Below, in pieces: positions 45,586-52,580 of a stretch of 64,000 bases of DNA. Source of the DNA: an uncultured Opitutales bacterium (lineage in GTDB: Bacteria; Verrucomicrobiota; Verrucomicrobiia; Opitutales; CAYWEO01); contig CAYWEO010000005.1 of NCBI GenBank assembly GCA_964457855.1, forward strand, positions 487-64,486, in the 5' to 3' direction. Position 1 is the stretch's first letter. Each line of letters begins with the position of its first letter. The notes beneath the pieces are model-generated. The model was not told the origin of the DNA and did no database searches. It worked only from the letters and a program-made list of their open reading frames with translations. The translations under genes and the position numbers were made by a program.

Positions 45586-46677
45586 ATGAAAATAATATCT
45601 AAATTAACAAAATGCGCGCTACCTGTAGCGCTTTTAACCGCTGGGGCGATATCGGCGTCCTGGTGTGATGATGCCAGAGCTTATACGTCACTTTCTACGA
45701 GCGATCCATTTAAGTGGAACAACACTTCTGATGTTTCTAGCATTGGAAAGGACATTGAGTTGTATAAACTTACGAATAGTGAGCCTACAGTGCAGCAATT
45801 GATCGTGACGGGAAACAATAAAGTTTCGCAGAAAGAATTGGAAAACGTGCAGAAATTGCTGCCAAGTGTGCAGGACATTTCTTTTTTTAATTGTCCAAAG
45901 CTAGGAAGTAAGCATCTTCTTGGATGGAATAACCTGCGTTCTATCATGTTCAATGGGTGTCCAAAGATAGATGATCGTACGGCGGCCTATATAGCCTTTA
46001 AGTACGGGTGGACTTTAGAGTCGATTTTTGTGGATGGAACGAAAATTACAATGGAGGGCCTAAAGTGGATCGCTGAGCATTGCACAAATGTGAAAGACGT
46101 GCACATAGGGAACTTGCTGAAAAATGATGGCGATTTGGAAACGATCCTTAATGCATTTAACAAAATGGAATGCCTATCATTATCTGGCTTAAAGAAGACT
46201 GTGTCATTCAATCTTGACGAGGTTTACCGTAATGTGCATTTCATAAGCCTTGAATCTTGCGATGTAGACGATGACGCTGTTGTTAATATGTGTGCACGCT
46301 TCCCGGATTCACAGGTCATTACTTTCCGAGGCTGTCCGATAACAGACGAGGCTGTAACAACGATCATGCAGGAATTGAACGTGGAGTGCATTTCCTTTGA
46401 TGACTGCAAGAGCATCACTAACAAGGCCTTGAGTAATATTGCTATGAATTTAAAATCCAGCCTTAAGCGAGTCTGTGTGAAAGGGGCTACTCAAATTACA
46501 CAAGAGGCTGCCGCTTCTTTGAAATCAATCAATATTGAATTTATTCCTGCCGACACTAAAATTAACACATCCAGAAGCGTGAACCAGAACATTGAAAATA
46601 GTGACAATGGTAACTTCTCGAATAGTAAAATCGAAAACAAGGAAATCGAAATTAAGAAAAATGATAATAAGAAATAA
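45586..46677 (+). CDS. secreted CC-type LRR protein, paralog 3
   Basis: MKIISKLTKCALPVALLTAGAISA|SW, then ..CPKIDDRTAAYIAFKYGWTLESIFVDGTKITMEGL.., ends ..ENKEIEIKKNDNKK*. Confidence 0.8.
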   Translation: MKIISKLTKCALPVALLTAGAISASWCDDARAYTSLSTSDPFKWNNTSDVSSIGKDIELYKLTNSEPTVQQLIVTGNNKVSQKELENVQKLLPSVQDISFFNCPKLGSKHLLGWNNLRSIMFNGCPKIDDRTAAYIAFKYGWTLESIFVDGTKITMEGLKWIAEHCTNVKDVHIGNLLKNDGDLETILNAFNKMECLSLSGLKKTVSFNLDEVYRNVHFISLESCDVDDDAVVNMCARFPDSQVITFRGCPITDEAVTTIMQELNVECISFDDCKSITNKALSNIAMNLKSSLKRVCVKGATQITQEAAASLKSINIEFIPADTKINTSRSVNQNIENSDNGNFSNSKIENKEIEIKKNDNKK

Positions 46678-46814
46678 GGCGTCCTAAATGGCGAAAAACC
46701 TGCGGATTCCGATCGCAAAGACTGGAATCTCGGGGATCAGAGGGGGCATTTTGCCTTCTCTTGTCGTTGTTAATGCGCCTCGTGTAAAAGCTACCCCCCA
46801 AAGAAAACAACTCA

Positions 46815-46919
46815 CGGAAGGCATTTCGCGGCACGGAGTGCCGAAAAATGCCTTCCGAATAAGAGTTTTTAAGGGGGAGGTCCGGAGGGGGTGCTTTTTG
46901 CAAAAAACACCCCCTCCGG
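46815..46919 (-). repeat. 3HP modules B and A (reverse orientation)
   Basis: CGGAAGGCATTTCGCGGCACGGAGTGCCGAAAAATGCCTTCCG and CCGGAGGGGGTGCTTTTTGCAAAAAACACCCCCTCCGG. Confidence 0.9.
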
Positions 46920-46985
46920 AAAAACACCCCATTTTAAAGCAATTCTTCTTTACAATTCCACAACAACTCCGCTATAAGTCTTCAC

Positions 46986-47636
46986 ATGCCGGGGTTATTT
47001 TCGTATTTCAAGACATCAGCGTTTGCGGAGCAGGTGATTGTGGTTGCGCTGTTGGCGTTCAGTTTGATCGCGTGGACAATCATGATTGGGAAGTGGTTGG
47101 AGCTGAAGAAAATGCGGGCAAAAAATTATTCCTTTGCTGGGCAATTGGACGACGTTTCTCTCTTGCAACGGCAGGGGTTTGGGGTGGAGTTTTGTCCTTA
47201 CTATCGCTTGTTTCAGGGGGCGTATGAGGTGTATCGTGAGCACCAGAAGGCGTTTCCAAACGATTCGCACGTGATGGAGCCGATTACGAACGCGATTCAG
47301 CGCAAATTGGCGGAGGAAACGCTTGCGTACGAGTCGAAAATGGTGTTTTTGGGATCCATTGTGACGGGTGCGCCGTTTTTGGGACTGCTGGGAACGATTT
47401 GGGGAATTATGGACGCGTTTGGTGCCGTGGCGTTGCAGAATAGTGCGACGATACAGACCCTTGCGCCGGGCGTCGCGGGCTCCTTGCTGACGACAATTGC
47501 GGGCTTGCTCGTGGCAATTCCGTCGGTGTTTGGGTACAACTTTCTTCTCACGCAATCGAAGTTGATGACCATCGAATTGGAGAATTTCGCGAGCATTTTA
47601 GCGGATCGAATTGCGGTCGAACTCAAGGGAAATTGA
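46986..47636 (+). CDS. MotA/TolQ/ExbB-family proton channel protein
   Basis: Three TM segments and ..GAPFLGLLGTIWGIMDAF..LAPGVAGSLLTTIAGLLVAIP.. Confidence 0.9.
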   Translation: MPGLFSYFKTSAFAEQVIVVALLAFSLIAWTIMIGKWLELKKMRAKNYSFAGQLDDVSLLQRQGFGVEFCPYYRLFQGAYEVYREHQKAFPNDSHVMEPITNAIQRKLAEETLAYESKMVFLGSIVTGAPFLGLLGTIWGIMDAFGAVALQNSATIQTLAPGVAGSLLTTIAGLLVAIPSVFGYNFLLTQSKLMTIELENFASILADRIAVELKGN

Positions 47637-47642
47637 TCGAAA

Positions 47643-48056
47643 ATGGCTACTTTCCATAAACGTCATCGCGGGGACGCCTTCGTGCAGATCAATGTGACGC
47701 CGTTGATTGATTTGGCGTGGGCGTTGTTGATTATTTTCATGATCACGACGCCGTTCCTCGAGCACTCGATTCCCATCAATTTGCCGAAGGAAACGCGGGC
47801 TTCGGGACAGCACCAGAAGGGGTCGGAAAAGGTACAGGTGATCAATATTCGTGGGGATGGGCAGTGCTTTTGGGGCGACGAGGCGGTGGATTTGAACATT
47901 CTGGATCGGCGATTGGCGGAATTGGCGGCATTGCCCGAACCTCCGACGATCCACGTACGCGCGGATGCGGGAATTTCGTATCAAAAAGTGATCGACGTCA
48001 TCGATCTCATCAAGCACAATCGCTTACATAAACTCGCTTTAGACACGCAGGCATAA
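47643..48056 (+). CDS. ExbD/TolR-family protein
   Basis: ..INVTPLIDLAWALLIIFMITTPF.. then a periplasmic domain ..IHVRADAGISYQKVIDVIDLIK.. Confidence 0.9.
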   Translation: MATFHKRHRGDAFVQINVTPLIDLAWALLIIFMITTPFLEHSIPINLPKETRASGQHQKGSEKVQVINIRGDGQCFWGDEAVDLNILDRRLAELAALPEPPTIHVRADAGISYQKVIDVIDLIKHNRLHKLALDTQA

Positions 48057-48063
48057 CAATCAC

Positions 48064-49326
48064 ATGGTTTCAAATTTTTCGCCATTCCCTCATCAAGCTC
48101 CCAAAATTTCCGGAAAAGTGGGCGATAAAACGGCGTGGATGTATTCTTTGGCCCTGCACGTGCTGTTGTTCGCGGGAATGGTTCTGTTCGCGATTTTTCA
48201 GGGACCGAAGGCGGAAGTTTCGTTGCAGGCCTTTGACTTGATGAACACAGGTGGTGGCGGTGGGGGCGGAAATGGTGGTGGTTCGGGAGGGCCGAAAGGG
48301 GGTGGAAGTTTATCGATGGGACAGCCGGGAGGGCAAAGTGAGATCGTGAAGTCTCTTTTGGATGAAAAAGAGTTGCAGGGGAAGCATTTAATTAAGGAGT
48401 TGCCTGTGGATTCGGCGAAAAAGGCAGCTGAGCAAGCCCTTGAGGCTGCTTCTGTTAAACCTGAGGAATCCAAGCACGTTGCGAAAAAAGTCATTGCTCC
48501 CAAGCATGCGAAAGTTTCGCAAAAGACCGTTCCGAAAAAGCTGCAGAAACACGCTGCCGTTGATCATAAGATGGTTGAAAAGCCGCCAAAACCGCCTATT
48601 GAGCCGCAAAAGAGGGTTTTTAAAACACCCAAAGAGGCACCGGTGAAAAGTCCCGAAAAGATGTCTTACCAGGAGTTTATCAAGAAGCACGGAAAACTGG
48701 CGCGGGTGATAAAAAAAAAATCAGTGGCGCGCGCAAGGCCGTCGATCCAAATTCCAACCATAAACATCAAGCCCATGCGAGCGGACGGGGCAGGCTTTGA
48801 CGGGGGAGATCGGACGATGGGATCAAAGGCAGCGATGTCTCGTGCAATAAAAAATGGCACGAAAACGGCCAATGGGCGAGGAATTGGTGGTGCGATGGCC
48901 AACAACGGACAATTTTTAGGCGATGGACGTGCTGCTAGTAGTGCTAGTGGCGGACGTGGACGGGATGGCCTTGTCGGCGGCGGCGGGAGCGGTGGATTTG
49001 GTACAGGAGGCGCAGGAGGAGGATTGGTCGGCTCAATGATGGGTGGTGAGGCGTCTATTTTCCAGGCCTATCTTTTGAGCGTGCGGAACTTGGTTGAACA
49101 GGCTTGGAAGAAGCCTCCCATGCGCATGCGAAAAAAACTCGTTGGAGTGGTGGAGTTTACCGTCGATGAGTTGGGACGATGCCAAAAAAGTGAGATTTTT
49201 GAGAGCTCCGGTAATGCCCTCTTTGACGCCTCGATCCTCGATGCTTTCAAGGCTTTGCGGCAATTTCCGCGGCCGCCGAACCAAAAAACATGCACCTTTC
49301 ATTTGACATTTGAGGAGACTCTCTGA
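48064..49326 (+). CDS. TonB/TolA-like energy-transducer protein with Gly-rich and Lys/Pro-rich linkers
   Basis: N-terminal TM segment, GGGGGGNGGGSGGPKGGG, KPP-rich linker, and a C-terminal TonB-like domain ..VVEFTVDELGRCQKSEIFESSGNALFDASILDAFKALRQFPRPP. Confidence 0.6.
   Translation: MVSNFSPFPHQAPKISGKVGDKTAWMYSLALHVLLFAGMVLFAIFQGPKAEVSLQAFDLMNTGGGGGGGNGGGSGGPKGGGSLSMGQPGGQSEIVKSLLDEKELQGKHLIKELPVDSAKKAAEQALEAASVKPEESKHVAKKVIAPKHAKVSQKTVPKKLQKHAAVDHKMVEKPPKPPIEPQKRVFKTPKEAPVKSPEKMSYQEFIKKHGKLARVIKKKSVARARPSIQIPTINIKPMRADGAGFDGGDRTMGSKAAMSRAIKNGTKTANGRGIGGAMANNGQFLGDGRAASSASGGRGRDGLVGGGGSGGFGTGGAGGGLVGSMMGGEASIFQAYLLSVRNLVEQAWKKPPMRMRKKLVGVVEFTVDELGRCQKSEIFESSGNALFDASILDAFKALRQFPRPPNQKTCTFHLTFEETL
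48711..48720. repeat. A10 homopolymer inside the TonB-like CDS
   Basis: gtgatAAAAAAAAAAtcag, read directly. It encodes KKK. Confidence 0.9.
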
Positions 49327-49338
49327 GACAATACAAGC

Positions 49339-49767
49339 GTGAAGGAATACTGGATAGCGATTGTTTTTTGGCTGCTTTGCGTGAGGGGATTTGCGACGCT
49401 TTCCGAGGTTCCTGTGACCAATTTCCAAATGTCTCTTTTTGGCGCAAATGGCTATAAATCCTGGAGTGTGACTGGGAAAGAAGGGCGTTGTGGCCGTGGC
49501 CAAGAGGTGATTGATATCGTGAATATGCGCCTCGAAACCTTTTCTCCCGACGGCAAAGGGAAGTTAGAATCCACCGTTTTGAGCCCGTTTGCGAAAATTT
49601 TCCCACAAACTCACGTTGCTTCGGGAGACGATTTCGTGACCGTCTCTACAGAAAGTTATACTGTTTTAGGGAAAAATTGGTACTACGACGGTCTCGCGCA
49701 GAAAATTCGCGTGAACGAAAACGTGAGGGTGACCTTTTTTAATTCTATCGTACAAAAACACTTATGA
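49339..49767 (+). CDS. LptC-like small membrane-anchored OstA-fold protein (tentative)
   Basis: N-terminal TM segment then beta-rich sequence. A 4-nt overlap with the lptA-like gene and position in an lptC-lptA-lptB order. GTG start. Confidence 0.45.
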   Translation: MKEYWIAIVFWLLCVRGFATLSEVPVTNFQMSLFGANGYKSWSVTGKEGRCGRGQEVIDIVNMRLETFSPDGKGKLESTVLSPFAKIFPQTHVASGDDFVTVSTESYTVLGKNWYYDGLAQKIRVNENVRVTFFNSIVQKHL

Positions 49768-50522
49768 AGTCTTTTTCGAAGCCTCTGAAACTTTTTCCTG
49801 CAATTTTATCATACCTTTGCGTAACGTCCTGGGTGGTCGCTGCAGAACCGTCGCCGACGAAGCCTATAGTGCCGAGTGCACCGCCTCCTGCGGTCGCTCC
49901 CTTGGTTCCTCCCGTCGCCGAAAAGCCAGTGCCCGTTCCAACGGTGATTACGAGCGATAGACTTGAAGTTATGAACAACAAAGAGAAGAACCAGAATGAG
50001 TTCCATTTTGACGGCAATGTGAAAGTCGTCGGTAGCGATCTTGACGCGACTGCCGATCAGCTAATCGTTTTTGCAGATAAAAGTGCTAGCGGAAATTCCA
50101 ACCAAGTCGGAACCATGCACGAAATGATTGCTACGGGACACGTGAACATCGTTCAGCCGAACCGTCGCGCAATTTCCGGGAAGGCCATCATTTATCCGCA
50201 AACTGGGAAAATGATTTTACTGGAAAGTCCCGTTGTCTTTTCCAAAGATGACAAAGGTGGGGAAAGCAAAGTAACGGGCGATCGCATGGAGTTGTACCGC
50301 GACGACAACCGTGCTGTTATTATTGGAGGCCCGAAGGAACGCCCCAAAATCACCTTGATGGGGGAGATGCCAAGCTTGACGTCGTCGCCCACCAAAAAAG
50401 CACCCTCTGAGACACCGGTAAAAGTGGAGAGTACGCCAGTGAAAGACGCTCCAAAACCGCCGGACGTTTCTGCAGCGGCAGCGACGCCAGTGGTCACTGC
50501 GAAAGAGACAAAGGCTCAATAA
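49764..50522 (+). CDS. lptA: LptA/OstA-family periplasmic LPS transport protein with Pro-rich ends
   Basis: ITSDRLEVMNNKEKNQNEFHFDGNVKVVGSDLDATADQLIVF..ATGHVNIVQPNRRAISGKAIIYPQTGKMILL. Confidence 0.7.
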   Translation: MKSFSKPLKLFPAILSYLCVTSWVVAAEPSPTKPIVPSAPPPAVAPLVPPVAEKPVPVPTVITSDRLEVMNNKEKNQNEFHFDGNVKVVGSDLDATADQLIVFADKSASGNSNQVGTMHEMIATGHVNIVQPNRRAISGKAIIYPQTGKMILLESPVVFSKDDKGGESKVTGDRMELYRDDNRAVIIGGPKERPKITLMGEMPSLTSSPTKKAPSETPVKVESTPVKDAPKPPDVSAAAATPVVTAKETKAQ

Positions 50523-50535
50523 CAAAACTCACATC

Positions 50536-51270
50536 ATGACGCAAAATAATAGTTGTATTGAGGCCACTCAGTTGGTGAAAATTTACAAAGGCCGGAAAGT
50601 GGTTGATCACGTGGATATTTCCGTGAAGTCTGGCGAAGTCGTTGGATTGTTGGGGCCGAACGGTGCGGGGAAAACGACCAGTTTTTACATGATCGTTGGG
50701 CTCATTTCCGTCACAGAGGGGAAAATTTGTCTCGACGGCGTTGATATGACGCAAGTCCCGATGTACAAACGAGCGTGCATGGGAATCGGTTATTTGCCGC
50801 AGGAACCCTCAGTTTTTCGCAGTTTAACGGTGGAGGAAAACATTCGCGCCATCGTTGAAACGTTGCCTATTTCAAAACAGGAACAAAATGAGCGCGTCGA
50901 GCTGCACTTAGTGGATTTGGATTTGACGAAAGTCGCTAAGCAAAAGGCTTTTACGTTGAGCGGCGGAGAACGGCGACGTCTCGAAATTACCCGTGCGTTG
51001 ATCACAAGTCCAAAATTCATTTTAATGGACGAACCCTTCAGCGGCGTGGATCCCATTAGTGTTTACGAGGTTCAAAAGATGATTAAGGCGTTGAAGGAGA
51101 GAGGGATCGGGATTTTGATTACAGATCACAATGTGCGTGAAACGTTGAGTGTTGTGGATCGCGCTTATTTGTTGTTCGAAGGGAAGCTGTTACGTGAGGG
51201 AACCAGCGAGTTTTTAGCCAATGATCCCGAGAGCAAGAAACTGTATCTGGGGGAACATTTTAATCTTTAG
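50536..51270 (+). CDS. lptB: LPS export ABC transporter ATP-binding protein
   Basis: GLLGPNGAGKTTSFYMIVGL, LSGGERRRLEITRAL, and the LptB-type C-terminus ..ANDPESKKLYLGEHFNL. Confidence 0.9.
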   Translation: MTQNNSCIEATQLVKIYKGRKVVDHVDISVKSGEVVGLLGPNGAGKTTSFYMIVGLISVTEGKICLDGVDMTQVPMYKRACMGIGYLPQEPSVFRSLTVEENIRAIVETLPISKQEQNERVELHLVDLDLTKVAKQKAFTLSGGERRRLEITRALITSPKFILMDEPFSGVDPISVYEVQKMIKALKERGIGILITDHNVRETLSVVDRAYLLFEGKLLREGTSEFLANDPESKKLYLGEHFNL

Positions 51271-51281
51271 GCGATTTTTTT

Positions 51282-52271
51282 ATGGGGATGTCTTCCATGG
51301 CGCTGTTGGGAAATTCTGCAAATGCCGAAAATGGAGAGCTCTCGGTTGCCCATTTTTATCACAAGCATCGCAAGCACCTGAATTTGAAATTAATTGCTGG
51401 GGCGCAAGGACTTCAGAGGGTTATCAAGGAGAAGACCCTGAATCGGCCGGTTTTGGCTCTGGTGGGCTATTTTAAGCATTTTGGCGAATACCGTGTGCAG
51501 TTTTTCGGCAAGGGTGAATGCGGATTTTTAACGGATTTGCCAGAAGCCAAGCAACGAGAATTTCTCGAGCGGTTTATGAGTCACGCGATTCCCTGTATCA
51601 TCGCGGTTGGTCGGCAAAATTTGCCAAAACTCCTTGTGGAATTTGCTGAAAAGAAACAAATCCCACTGTTTCGGACGACACTGAATTCGCGCGATTTTAC
51701 GGCTGAGGCGACCATTTTACTGGAAAGAATTTTTGCGAAAACGCAGACGATTCATGGGACGTTGGTGGATGTCAAGGGCATTGGCGTTTTATTGCTTGGC
51801 GAAAGCGGGATCGGTAAAACGGAGTGTGTCTTGGCATTGATTGAGAAGGGGTATACGTTCGTTGCGGATGATGCCGTAAAAATCCATTCCATCAGCAGAA
51901 AGGTGTTGATTGGGAGTGCTTTAGCTTTGAATCACGGGTATATGGAATGCCGCGGTATTGGTATCATTAACGTCATCCAAACGTTTGGAGTGCGCGCTTT
52001 TTGCCCAGAAAAGAGTATCGATTTGGTCGTTGAGTTGAAAACTTGGCAACCCGGCATGGAGGACGAGCGTACAGGTTTAAAGAGTGCCTCACATACCTTG
52101 CTTGGAGTCCGCATTCCTTGTGTGACAATTCTCGTGCGCCTAGGGCGCGATATCCCACGCCTAGTGGAAATTGCTGCTCTTGTCCAGGGACTTAAGCAGA
52201 TAGGCTATAACCCCGCACGCGAGTTTAATCGTGCCTTGATTAGGCAAATCGCGAAAAATCGTTTGGCGTAG
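51282..52271 (+). CDS. hprK: HPr kinase/phosphorylase
   Basis: HGTLVDVKGIGVLLLGESGIGKTECVLALIEKGYTFVADDAV...GYMECRGIGIINV. The TAG stop lies in the PE-A terminus. Confidence 0.9.
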   Translation: MGMSSMALLGNSANAENGELSVAHFYHKHRKHLNLKLIAGAQGLQRVIKEKTLNRPVLALVGYFKHFGEYRVQFFGKGECGFLTDLPEAKQREFLERFMSHAIPCIIAVGRQNLPKLLVEFAEKKQIPLFRTTLNSRDFTAEATILLERIFAKTQTIHGTLVDVKGIGVLLLGESGIGKTECVLALIEKGYTFVADDAVKIHSISRKVLIGSALALNHGYMECRGIGIINVIQTFGVRAFCPEKSIDLVVELKTWQPGMEDERTGLKSASHTLLGVRIPCVTILVRLGRDIPRLVEIAALVQGLKQIGYNPAREFNRALIRQIAKNRLA

Positions 52272-52390
52272 CGTCTATTTCGAGCGCTAGGTTCGTTGCG
52301 AAAAAAATTTAACCCATCACGTACGTTAGTACGCTCAGGATTAAATTTTTTTCGCGCCTGCCTATCATCTCGAAATAGAGGCCACGCCCA
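52263..52390 (+). repeat. PE-A element supplying the hprK stop
   Basis: TTGGCGTAGCGTCTATTTCGAGCGCTAGGTTCGTTGCG...ACGTACGTTAGTACGCTC...CGCGCCTGCCTATCATCTCGAAATAGAGGCCACGCCCAA. Confidence 0.9.
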
Positions 52391-52436
52391 ACGATTTCAA
52401 AGATTTTTTTGGAAAGGTTCCGGTAGAAAATAAACC

Positions 52437-52580
52437 AAAACCGCTCAAGACGCGGTCGATTTCGAGATGACGAGCAGGCGCGCGAGATCAAGATGCCTGA
52501 GCGTACTAACGTACGTGATGGCATTGAGACCGAGCGCAACGAACTCGCCGCTCGAAATCGACCACGTCTTGAGCGGTTTT
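52437..52580 (-). repeat. PE-A element with a 30-nt inverted flank pair
   Basis: AAAACCGCTCAAGACGCGGTCGATTTCGAG ... CTCGAAATCGACCACGTCTTGAGCGGTTTT. The right end overlaps the stop of the 970-aa gene. Confidence 0.9.

Noticed and set aside
43034-46677. F-box domain in the CC-LRR proteins (expected by analogy with eukaryotic FBXL proteins and GALA-type effectors)
   Set aside because: I found no LPxE(I/L)L...(V/I)CK.W-type ~45-aa motif between the signal peptide and the first LRR, so I call them LRR proteins only. I also considered the short ..PLEAAII..LLILIGKFW segment of the GKFW proteins, but it is too short for an F-box.
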